Translations under genes and position numbers: made by a program
The notes under the pieces: generated by a model
The model's database searches: none
Seen by the model: the letters and a program-made list of their open reading frames with translations, nothing else
Told to the model about the DNA's origin: nothing
Source: Promethearchaeota archaeon
GTDB taxonomy: Archaea; Asgardarchaeota; Heimdallarchaeia; Hodarchaeales; Hodarchaeaceae
Direction: 5' to 3'
NCBI GenBank assembly: GCA_048938105.1
Contig: JBHLMN010000003.1
Coordinates: forward strand, 192,001 to 256,000
DNA length: 64,000 bases
In this document: positions 28,498 to 37,450 of the stretch, piece after piece
How positions within the stretch are numbered: the first letter of the stretch is position 1
How the letters are laid out: the number at the start of each line of letters is the position of its first letter

Positions 28498-28650
28498 TTA
28501 CTGTTGATATTTTAGAGGGTCAGGTATATCAGGAATGTCTGGAGTTGCTCTTGGTGAAAGCTTTCTTCGACATTCAACGCATATCCCACTAGGATGGGGA
28601 CGCATCATCATTTTACCACATCTCTTACAAGGCCCAAGGACTTCTCCCAA
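28498..28650 (-). CDS. 50-aa C4 zinc-finger microprotein (not in ORF track)
   Basis: TTG start with GGAGATG SD-like sequence upstream; MGEVLGPCKRCGKMMMRPHPSGICVECRRKLSPRATPDIPDIPDPLKYQQ*. Confidence 0.7.
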   Translation of the reverse strand: MGEVLGPCKRCGKMMMRPHPSGICVECRRKLSPRATPDIPDIPDPLKYQQ

Positions 28651-28787
28651 ATAATTTCATCTCCATCATGATTTCATGTTAACTCTGACAATCGATACTA
28701 TAAATTTTCTCATTATTTATAGAAATCCGATTAAAATTATTTAGAGAATTGAAAATAACCTTTGTCAAAACGATTAATCTAACGGAT

Positions 28788-29477
28788 CTATTTTGAAGTT
28801 TTTGTACTGGAAAATGATTTATCTGGTTTTTTGGTTTCCTTCCGCCAGCTTAAAAGTCTTGATTGTTCAAATAATTGGAATAGGAATAAACCAAGATAGC
28901 CCCCAAACACGACTCCACTAATAAAACATACCCCAAGTATTAATATAAAGATTTCAAGTGGAAGGGCGAAACCTAAGAAAGTGTTAAGTCGAATTACTAT
29001 ATTTGATACCGCTGCTAAACCAGCAGCTGATATTAATATGAGACTTTCTATTTTTAATGCTTTTGGGAGGATAGACAAACTGAAGTACACGATTTCAAAC
29101 ACCAATGCCTCCCCTATAGAAACATAAAGCACAATGATGCCAAGATGACTAGCTGAAAAAAGTTCAATAAACCCTTTGATTATCCCACACAGAATAACAG
29201 TTCCTACTTTTCGATCAGTTTGTAAAAAGACCAATACAAACCATAAGATATGCAATCCTGCAAATATCTGCCCCCCACCTTGAGGAAAACCGATTGCTAA
29301 TCCAAATAATTTACCAAGATAGCCAATAAAAGAACTAAATACTCCTCCTAACGATGCAAACAGAGCTATAATAACTAGATCACTTGTTTCATAATAATAC
29401 GTTGGTTTCTTCAATTTATTTTGGGGAGGGGGCTCCATATATGAACTCTCATCATACAGTTCAGTTAAAACTCTCAA
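28788..29477 (-). CDS. ECF transporter S component (YkoE/MptD-like)
   Basis: Six TM segments; 'TSDLVIIALFASLGG', 'RKVGTVILCGIIKGFIE', 'GEALVFE', 'ISGVVFGG'. Confidence 0.75.
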   Translation of the reverse strand: MRVLTELYDESSYMEPPPQNKLKKPTYYYETSDLVIIALFASLGGVFSSFIGYLGKLFGLAIGFPQGGGQIFAGLHILWFVLVFLQTDRKVGTVILCGIIKGFIELFSASHLGIIVLYVSIGEALVFEIVYFSLSILPKALKIESLILISAAGLAAVSNIVIRLNTFLGFALPLEIFILILGVCFISGVVFGGYLGLFLFQLFEQSRLLSWRKETKKPDKSFSSTKTSK

Positions 29478-29536
29478 TCCTCGGGAATATCATATATTTT
29501 TAACTGTATGTTTCAGAGTTTTGTTTCATCATTTTT

Positions 29537-31513
29537 TCAGGTAGAAAACTCATAAAAAACTTCTCGATTTAGCTTAGGAGTAATTTCATATAGTTCAAAA
29601 ACTATATCATCAATCTCTTTTTCGAGTAGTTCGATTTTTTGATTTAACCTTTCTAAATTCAAATTATTTTCTTGAAATCGTTGTTGTAAAGAATATTTCT
29701 TTTGATATTGAGATTGAAGGACTTTAGCTTTTTTAGCAAGCTGATTTGCTAAGATTACCTCTTTCTCAGTTAACGGTACTTTAATTGGAAGACGTAAAAA
29801 CTTTTTCTGGGTGAAATGAGGAAAATCTTGACGATGAGGATCTGCAAATTCGATGAAAAAATATTTGGTAATTAATCGAGAATTCAACACTCCCATAATG
29901 TATTCTAAGCTGATAGAGATATTTTTCTTTAATTTAAAGAGATAAACAACTTGATTAACCCATCTGTTATCGTAATCTATTACAGTCCGAATTCCCTTTC
30001 CAGTTTTTCTAAGTAAAAGCTTAGAACCTTGATACAGAGTAGGATCTTTATAATTTATTCCAGTACGTGTAGGATCAATATATTTTTGATTCTGAATATA
30101 ATATCTCTGAATGTGATGCCCTACGAGAAAAGGATAATCCCTCTCAGGGTGTTTAGGGTTATTAAACACTATAAAATCTGTTTTATCATATTCTGTTATT
30201 TCTTGTTGGCACTCTGGATTTGCACACTGCTTAGTTTTTATTCCATTTTTCACGAGACCAGGTGGGGAAGACCACCAACCACAGGATGAGCACTGGATGA
30301 TTCTACCATTTTTATTAAGTTCTACTCCCCTAGCGTTCACAACAAAATCTCTTAAAGGTTTGACTTGGATTTTTTCATGACGAAAATCTTTCTCTATAGC
30401 CTCTCTAAATTCTTCATAGCCAATTGAAAAAATATTGAATTGATAATCAATATTCGAAAGGAAACGATTTTGGTGGCAAGAAACAGTAGGTAGAGAAGAT
30501 AACGATTGGTGTCCTTCCTTAAGAAGCCTTTTTATTGGTGGAGGAATATACTGAACAATATCAAGATGATGATTAGGAGCCATTGATCCTTTTTCAGCAA
30601 TAATAATCATACAAGGCTGAGTTATGCCAGGAAAAACATTTTCTCCGAGATTGATTATATTGTTTATTCTGCAGGAATTTAGTATTAATTTTCGTATATC
30701 ACTATAATTCTCATTTAAAAGCAAAGTGTTTGGAATGACAAATCCCAAACGTCCCCCATCTCTTAAAGCGATCATGCTTCTTTCAATAAAAAGACTCCAA
30801 GAGTCTACCTGCTGGGTTCCCACGCTATAAAAACTTAGTAGTTTGGAAGAAAATAGAGTTGCTCCCCAAGGAGGATTCCCTAGTATTACGTCAAATCTTC
30901 CGTCTGTCTCTGGAAAAACAGTTTCCCAAGGCATTGGATTAATACGTGTAGAAATTTGGAAATCATCAGTTAATTTGATTCTTAAATTCTGCTTAATTCG
31001 TTTTTCAAGATCAGAGATTTCTCTTTTCTCTTTTTCGCTGGAAAATATCTCACTTCCGTTTATGAAGTGCTCTTTATACCGAAAGCGTAATTCTTCTAGT
31101 GAATAAACCTCACATTGATGCTCATAAGTTGCTGGAGGAATCAATGCGTTAAAAATCTTAAAATTTAAGTTGAAGTCTTGACAATTAAGGTTTTTTTGAG
31201 TCTCTGCAATCTGAGTTCTGTCAATGTCGATCCCATATAATTGGTTTGCAATAATAGACTTTCTAACTTGCGTTAAAGTTAATTCATTTGTCCTTTCAAT
31301 CGATTCAAAATAGGATAACAAAGACTCTAAGGATCGTACAAGAAATATTCCTAATCCACATGCAGGATCAAGGATTTTTAATGAACAAATCCTATTATAA
31401 CTGGAGCTTTTAAGGAAGCGACCAATCGTCTGATCAACAATGTAATTTACAATGTAATCTGGTGTATAATATTGGCCTAAAGTTTTGTTTTTTCCCCCAA
31501 TTTGGTTTATCAT
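29537..31513 (-). CDS. N6-adenine DNA methyltransferase, gamma class (Eco57I/TaqI-like, with TaqI_C-like TRD)
   Basis: 'GQYYTP', 'LDPACGLGIFL', 'YGIDID', 'ILGNPPW', 'YIMGVLNS', 'IDDIVFELYEIT'. No N-terminal nuclease domain. Confidence 0.92.
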   Translation of the reverse strand: MINQIGGKNKTLGQYYTPDYIVNYIVDQTIGRFLKSSSYNRICSLKILDPACGLGIFLVRSLESLLSYFESIERTNELTLTQVRKSIIANQLYGIDIDRTQIAETQKNLNCQDFNLNFKIFNALIPPATYEHQCEVYSLEELRFRYKEHFINGSEIFSSEKEKREISDLEKRIKQNLRIKLTDDFQISTRINPMPWETVFPETDGRFDVILGNPPWGATLFSSKLLSFYSVGTQQVDSWSLFIERSMIALRDGGRLGFVIPNTLLLNENYSDIRKLILNSCRINNIINLGENVFPGITQPCMIIIAEKGSMAPNHHLDIVQYIPPPIKRLLKEGHQSLSSLPTVSCHQNRFLSNIDYQFNIFSIGYEEFREAIEKDFRHEKIQVKPLRDFVVNARGVELNKNGRIIQCSSCGWWSSPPGLVKNGIKTKQCANPECQQEITEYDKTDFIVFNNPKHPERDYPFLVGHHIQRYYIQNQKYIDPTRTGINYKDPTLYQGSKLLLRKTGKGIRTVIDYDNRWVNQVVYLFKLKKNISISLEYIMGVLNSRLITKYFFIEFADPHRQDFPHFTQKKFLRLPIKVPLTEKEVILANQLAKKAKVLQSQYQKKYSLQQRFQENNLNLERLNQKIELLEKEIDDIVFELYEITPKLNREVFYEFST

Positions 31514-31598
31514 TTTAGAAATTACACATCTATTCCCTATAATTAGATTGCGGAAAAAAAATAGAAGATATAGATTATGGGAGGGAAAACCACATGAA

Positions 31599-31626
31599 AT
31601 AAAAAAAAGAGGGATAGGAGGGGGGT
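31599..31626 (-). terminator. Pyrimidine/oligo-T terminator after the histone gene
   Basis: Minus strand reads CCCCCCTCCTATCCCTCTTTTTTTTATT just after the histone stop codon. Confidence 0.5.
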
Positions 31627-31639
31627 TTCAATCAAGCCT

Positions 31640-32068
31640 TCATGGCATGATATCTGTGTCTTTCAAAGTCTTTCTCTTCGCATGTCGTGCTATGTCTATA
31701 GCTCCCTTAGCTAGTGTGTAGCAATATGCTTCTAATTGCTTGTTTAAGTAGTCTACAGCGTCAGCTGATACTCGTGACGCGCCAGATTCTCGAATCACTC
31801 TTTCTACACGTGCTTTAGCAAACGCTCGAGATTTTGGGCCAGTGGGACTCATCTTAGGAGCACCAATCTTTGAAACAGCTAACTTGATATCATCAGATTG
31901 TACTGTCTTACGACCGGCAGTATTTGCCAGATTAATTGCTGTTTTTGATGCCTTCCCGCCAAATTCAGCACAAAGCTCGTCCATTCGCGCAATAGCCTTT
32001 GCAGATATTCTTTCCGCACCAGCGGACTTCATAATTGCTTCAATTCGTGCTTTTGCAAATGTTGCCAT
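31640..32068 (-). CDS. Archaeal histone doublet (two tandem histone folds)
   Basis: Fold 1 'FAKARIEAIMKSAGAERIS...AGRKTVQSDDI'; fold 2 'FAKARVERVIRESGASRVS...HAKRKTLKDTDI'; strong SD GGTGA. Confidence 0.95.
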   Translation of the reverse strand: MATFAKARIEAIMKSAGAERISAKAIARMDELCAEFGGKASKTAINLANTAGRKTVQSDDIKLAVSKIGAPKMSPTGPKSRAFAKARVERVIRESGASRVSADAVDYLNKQLEAYCYTLAKGAIDIARHAKRKTLKDTDIMP

Positions 32069-32126
32069 TTTCCTTTCACCTTTTCTACAGTTTTAACAAT
32101 TTTTCGAATATATTTACATTTGGGCA

Positions 32127-32190
32127 TTTCTACAGAATGAGTTTTGTAGAAAGTCTAGATCATTCAATCTTTCATCAGTTTAAAAGGTTT
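32127..32190 (-). promoter_or_regulatory. Putative histone promoter (TTTTAAA box) and inverted repeat near the predicted transcription start
   Basis: TATA-like TTTTAAA at about 32179-32185 (minus strand); inverted repeat TTTCTACAGAA-tgag-TTTTGTAGAAA at 32127-32152. Confidence 0.45.
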
Positions 32191-32706
32191 TACTTTCTAA
32201 ATTGAAAATATGACTGTTGACGTGTTACTAGACAATTCATTCGCAACGGTAAAAATGCTATTGAAGTAGTACTTCCGATAACATGAAGTAAATTGACTTT
32301 ATCTTTGATGGGTCTCTCTTCTAAAAAACATGGTTATCCCATGCTTTTATATCTCATCCTTTCTACGGTTTTACTTGAAATCTAAGGGAGAGGAAAGGAT
32401 TTAATTCAAAAATCTCTAGTTTTTATATGAATCGGCCAGGAATATGCGTTACAAAAATGTTTATATACGCATTAACTCAAAGATTAATATTTTACTCATG
32501 TTGAACACAAATAGAGCTGCAACTAAGTAAGGTCAGTTCCTTTATAATTTTTCACAAACATTAAATACTCGTAATCAGAAAGTTCTGCTTTCATTCAGTG
32601 AATATATTCTAGGATGATATCAAAATTAATTTATTTTGATGTTAATCGTGTTTGGACACTCGATTTAGTATTTGACTATGGAATGATTTACTAGATAGGT
32701 GAACAA

Positions 32707-33921
32707 ATGAAATTCTCGAATATTGATAAAGTGCTTTTCAGCGTTTTTGCAATCCTGATTGTAGGTTATGGATTTTTTAAAGAATCTCTTGATCCATTTC
32801 TATTAATAGTATTCATGCTTATCGGATTAGGGATTGCAATTCTAGCTTCTGAAAAAGCAGTTGGAGGAATGGAGATTCTGGGCAAAAAACTTGGCCTCAC
32901 ACCCTATGTGTCTGGTGTATTATCTAGTTTAGCCAGTAATACCCCAGAGTTAGCGATTGGTGCCTTCGCAATTTTAAGTGGGAAAGTTGAGTTCGCCATT
33001 GCGTTTATTATTATCGCCACTGGATTTAATATTCTCATGTTAGGAGTATTAATAATAATTGGCAATGTTAAGAGGAAAGCAGCAATTATAATCCCTGAGG
33101 AGGTTGTTGAAATTGAAGTACCAATTGTAAGAGTAGCAATTGTAATTGTCGGAGCCATTTTTGTATATGGAATTGTATTATTCGCTCTCGAAGTTTTTGA
33201 AATAGCGACCACCCCTCAGGGTGTTCATACTGTACCTTTCTTACCCTATGAAGCAAATGTCATCATGGTTGTTGTCTACCTATTTTATTTATTCTTCATT
33301 TTGAGACATAATCTTCAGAAAAAGGTACAAACAATTACTGAGCAACAAAAAGGAGAATCTCATATCACTGAACCCTCAATCAGTCGAAATTTTTTAATTA
33401 GTGTGTTAATTTTAGCTTTCGTTATGATCTTTTTTGCTGGTGAAATGATTTCTTCTTCTGTTGAACTCTTTCTTGAGCAATCTCACATGGTTGGGCTTGA
33501 GCTAAATGAATTCCAGCTTGCATTTTTCATTGGTGCTGCTGCCTCAATTCCAGAACATGCCATTGCCCTTCTTGCAGTAAAGCATGAAGGAGGGATTGAG
33601 CTAGGATTAGGAAATCTAATTGCAGGGAGTATGCAGAATCTTTTATTGATGACTGGATTAATATCTCTTTTCTCATTCATTGCATCGTTAATTGGAATAA
33701 GTGGTAATGACCCAAGGGGTATTCCACTTGTTCATGAAATTGCGGGAGAAGTTCCCATACCATTCCTTTTAGTTCAATTTGGTTTCGCTTGGTTACTATT
33801 ATTTTTAATAAAGTCATCTATGACTGATGATAGACGCTTAGACATATATGAGGGGTTTACTATCACAGTTGCTCAATTATTTGTCTTTATTATTTTCCTA
33901 CGTGGAATTCTAGCTTTTTGA
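32707..33921 (+). CDS. Ca2+/cation antiporter (CaCA superfamily)
   Basis: Alpha-repeats 'LASNTPEL' and 'AASIPEH...GNLIAGSMQN'; about 11 TM segments. Confidence 0.88.
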   Translation: MKFSNIDKVLFSVFAILIVGYGFFKESLDPFLLIVFMLIGLGIAILASEKAVGGMEILGKKLGLTPYVSGVLSSLASNTPELAIGAFAILSGKVEFAIAFIIIATGFNILMLGVLIIIGNVKRKAAIIIPEEVVEIEVPIVRVAIVIVGAIFVYGIVLFALEVFEIATTPQGVHTVPFLPYEANVIMVVVYLFYLFFILRHNLQKKVQTITEQQKGESHITEPSISRNFLISVLILAFVMIFFAGEMISSSVELFLEQSHMVGLELNEFQLAFFIGAAASIPEHAIALLAVKHEGGIELGLGNLIAGSMQNLLLMTGLISLFSFIASLIGISGNDPRGIPLVHEIAGEVPIPFLLVQFGFAWLLLFLIKSSMTDDRRLDIYEGFTITVAQLFVFIIFLRGILAF

Positions 33922-33948
33922 CATTTAGAATAGCAGAGAATATATTCT

Positions 33949-36720
33949 TCATTTAACTATAATTGGTTGAGAACGATCAGCAACTTTAGATTGAGCTAAT
34001 TTTATAAGATCTAGAATAACAATCCCAATTATAACTACAATGAAGATTGTCACCCAATGTCCTAATGACAACGCTACAAAACCAAATATCTGTGCCAATG
34101 GTCTAACATACAAGATAAACAGATGAAGTATAAACGCACTAGAAACAGCTGCTAACAGGTATAAGTTATTAAAGGCGTTAGTGAGGAATATACTCTTTCC
34201 TTCAGGAGTCCTTGAGACAAAAACTTGGAATAATTCAAATACAACAGAGACAGTCAAAGCCAAAGTTCTAGCGAGTGCAAGTGTTTCAGGATTTTCTAGA
34301 GCAGCTGGATCGAATTGTAAGAAAAACAACATAGTTGCCAGAAAAGAAATAATCCCTGCAGCTAAAGAAAAGATTAGGATTTCCCCAAACATGTTACTTT
34401 TGCGTCCCCTAGGCTTTTGATTCATAACATCAGGATCTCCTGGATCAATTGAAAGAGCAAGGGCTGGAAGACCATCAGTGAGTAAATTGATCCATAAAAT
34501 ACCTAAAGCTAAATAAGGAGAGGGAAGGCCTAGTAAAACCGTTGCTGTGAAGACAACAAGTATCTCGTCAAAGTTAGAGCTTAGTAAATACCTAATAAAC
34601 TTCTTCATATTATCATAGATGGTACGGCCTTCTTCTACAGCTGATACAATCGTAGCAAAATTATCGTCCATAAGTACCATGTCACTTGCTTCACGTGCCA
34701 CGTCTGTACCAGTTATTCCCATTGCTACACCAATATCAGCCTTTTTTAAAGCTGGAGCATCGTTTACGCCATCACCTGTCATTGCAACAACTAAACCAAA
34801 CTCATCTTGGAGTGTTTCTACGATTCTTCGCTTAATACTAGGAGAAGCACGTGCACACACGTCTAGATCTTTTAAAACTTCAATAAACTCTTCATCACTC
34901 ATTGCTTCAAGTTCTGACGAAGTATGAGCCAAATAAAAAGCATCTTCATATGGTTTCAAATCCAAAGATTTAGCTATGGCTAAAGCGGTATCTAACTGGT
35001 CTCCAGTAATCATAATTATTCTAATTCCTGCATTTTTACACTTCATAATTGCTTCCTCCACTTCTAACCTTGGTGGATCTACCTGCCCTACTAATCCAAT
35101 AAAGGTCATGTTTGTTTCAACAATATCTTCAGTAAAATCCGTTAAATCATTCGAAAGGTTTCTTTGAGCCAATCCTAATACACGAAAAGCGCGGCCTCCT
35201 AATTCTTTATTAGCTTCAGAAATTTCTTCACGTAGTTTATCATCGAGGGGCACCACAGAATCTCCTATGAGAATATGGGAACAATGATTCAAGACTATGA
35301 GAGGAGATCCTTTCATGAATGCCCAAGTTTCTTCCAAATTTGGTCTCTTTCTACTATAGACCATTGTCATACGTTTGCGATCACTATCAAAGAAAATTTC
35401 ACCATCTTTTTTTAATTCGTACCCAGCTTCCCAGCGGTCCATGAATGCAGCTTTCATGGCTGCTACCACGAGAGCTCCTTCCGTTGGGTCTCCTTCACAT
35501 GACCATTCATTTGTCTTTGATGAATAATTGATCGATGAGGTATTACATAATGCACCAGCTTTTAGAGATTGATATAGATCTGTATGTTCTTGTACATTCA
35601 ATTTAACTTCCTTTTCCATGTGAATGAAATTTCCTCGTGGAAGATAACCAGTTCCAGTCACCTCGACAAACCCTAACGCTGGTGTCCAAATACGCTGAAC
35701 AGTCATTTTATTCTGAGTAAGAGTTCCCGTTTTGTCTGTGCATATTACCTCGACTGAACCTAACGTTTCTACTGCAGGTAATTTTCTGATTACAGCTTTT
35801 TTTCGAGCCATTCGCTGTACCCCAATAGCTAATGTTAGTGTAATAGCGGCAGCTAATCCTTCAGGAACCGCCGAAACTGCAAGAGCAATCGCTGTTTCCA
35901 CTACTTCAATCATATTTTCTTCAATTCTATCTAATTGAGCTAGTAGTACAATACAAACAACTACTAATACAATAATACCTAGAATCTTTCCTAATTTAGA
36001 TAATTGAATTTGTAAAGGTGTTTCTTGTTCTTCAGTTTCGATTGTAGATTGTGCAATCTTCCCCATCTCAGTTTTCATACCGGTATTTACAACAATCGCT
36101 TTTCCTCTACCCTTAACAGTAGTAGTACCCATGAAAGCAGTATTGGTTCGATCTGCAATAGGAATCCTTTCATCACTGATAGGAGCTGTTGTCTTATTTA
36201 CTGGTACTGACTCCCCAGTAAGAAGACCCTCCTCTACTCTGAGACGACTAGCTTCAATAATTCGTCCATCAGCAGCAATAGTCTCTCCCTCATACATCAT
36301 TAAAATATCTCCAGGAACGAGATTTTGAACAACAATCCGATTTTCCTTACCATCCCGAATTACTAAGGTATCATCCCCAGTGAGCTCCTTCAGCTTTTCA
36401 AGAGCGGCTTCTGCACGATATTCCTGTATAAAACCCAAGACTCCATTTAATAATACTATAATTACAATAATCAATGCTTCAATGAATTCACCAAAAAGAA
36501 TCGAAACCAAAGTTGCTCCCAGAAGTAATAAAACAATAAAATCCTTGAATTGGAGAAGAAACATTTTGAGAGGAGATACTTTTTCCCCGGATACTAATTC
36601 GTTTGGCCCATATTCTGTTAACCGTCTTTGAGCTTCTTCTGTAGATAACCCATTTTCAAGGTTTGTATTCAAATCTTTAGCAATAGTTTCAATACTTAAT
36701 GAGTGAAATGAGCTCACCAT
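33949..36720 (-). CDS. P2A-type Ca2+-transporting ATPase (SERCA-like)
   Basis: TGES, VPEGL, DKTGT, KGSP, DPPR, TGD, GDGVND, SSNFDE, WINLLTDG. Confidence 0.95.
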   Translation of the reverse strand: MVSSFHSLSIETIAKDLNTNLENGLSTEEAQRRLTEYGPNELVSGEKVSPLKMFLLQFKDFIVLLLLGATLVSILFGEFIEALIIVIIVLLNGVLGFIQEYRAEAALEKLKELTGDDTLVIRDGKENRIVVQNLVPGDILMMYEGETIAADGRIIEASRLRVEEGLLTGESVPVNKTTAPISDERIPIADRTNTAFMGTTTVKGRGKAIVVNTGMKTEMGKIAQSTIETEEQETPLQIQLSKLGKILGIIVLVVVCIVLLAQLDRIEENMIEVVETAIALAVSAVPEGLAAAITLTLAIGVQRMARKKAVIRKLPAVETLGSVEVICTDKTGTLTQNKMTVQRIWTPALGFVEVTGTGYLPRGNFIHMEKEVKLNVQEHTDLYQSLKAGALCNTSSINYSSKTNEWSCEGDPTEGALVVAAMKAAFMDRWEAGYELKKDGEIFFDSDRKRMTMVYSRKRPNLEETWAFMKGSPLIVLNHCSHILIGDSVVPLDDKLREEISEANKELGGRAFRVLGLAQRNLSNDLTDFTEDIVETNMTFIGLVGQVDPPRLEVEEAIMKCKNAGIRIIMITGDQLDTALAIAKSLDLKPYEDAFYLAHTSSELEAMSDEEFIEVLKDLDVCARASPSIKRRIVETLQDEFGLVVAMTGDGVNDAPALKKADIGVAMGITGTDVAREASDMVLMDDNFATIVSAVEEGRTIYDNMKKFIRYLLSSNFDEILVVFTATVLLGLPSPYLALGILWINLLTDGLPALALSIDPGDPDVMNQKPRGRKSNMFGEILIFSLAAGIISFLATMLFFLQFDPAALENPETLALARTLALTVSVVFELFQVFVSRTPEGKSIFLTNAFNNLYLLAAVSSAFILHLFILYVRPLAQIFGFVALSLGHWVTIFIVVIIGIVILDLIKLAQSKVADRSQPIIVK

Positions 36721-36824
36721 AACCAATACCAACTGTAATTAATCATGATATCTCATAGATTTATATTAGTTGATTTTCAAGAATACTAAAGATACAAAAT
36801 TCAAAGAATAAGTAAAATATCAAG

Positions 36825-37229
36825 GTGTTAGATATGGAAGAAGCTCGTATTAATACAGAAAAACGATCAGAACTCCTAGATATTACTCAGAATATTAATA
36901 ACTTAATTCCTAAGGATATGAATTCAGGTATTTGTGTTATTTATGTCCCGCATACTACTGCAGGAATTATGATCAATGAGGGTGCCGACCCAAGTGTTCA
37001 AAAAGATATTCTCAATCAATTGGATCAGCTGATTCCTTGGGATCAACCTTTCTTTCGTCATTTAGAAGGTAATTCTGCTGCTCACATTAAAGCCTCATTA
37101 GTTGGAAATTCTGTCACTATTTTGGTGGAAAATAGTCATTTACAGTTAGGAACTTGGCAAAAAATCTTTTTTGCAGAATTTGATGGCCCACGTCGTAGGA
37201 GGGTATATATCACTTTTATCCACCAATGA
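36825..37229 (+). CDS. yjbQ: YjbQ/UPF0047 family protein
   Basis: 'VPHTTAGIMINEGADPSV', 'HLEGNSAAHIKASL', 'LGTWQKIFFAEFDGPR'. Confidence 0.93.
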   Translation: MLDMEEARINTEKRSELLDITQNINNLIPKDMNSGICVIYVPHTTAGIMINEGADPSVQKDILNQLDQLIPWDQPFFRHLEGNSAAHIKASLVGNSVTILVENSHLQLGTWQKIFFAEFDGPRRRRVYITFIHQ

Positions 37230-37264
37230 AAAACAAGCTTCTGGAAATATTGGTTGAAATAATT

Positions 37265-37450
37265 AATTAGATATTGATTACTTTGTCAATGACCACTGAA
37301 TGAGTTTAGTGGCTTGTAGCTAGCACTTCCCTCTGACTCAATAAGGCAATTGTTTCAGTTAGGGGGAGTACCGCTACATTAGGACTATTGACGGAAGCCC
37401 TCCCGATCAAGGCTTTACCAAAATCGGATAGGTTGCGAGCAGCATTAAGA
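37265..37450 (-). ncRNA. Predicted TnpB omega/reRNA overlapping the tnpB 3' end, with guide from the flank
   Basis: By analogy with characterised TnpB loci. The scaffold ends at the right-end TGAC and the flank gives guide AAAGUAAUCAAUAUCUAAUU. The 5' boundary is a guess. Confidence 0.5.
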
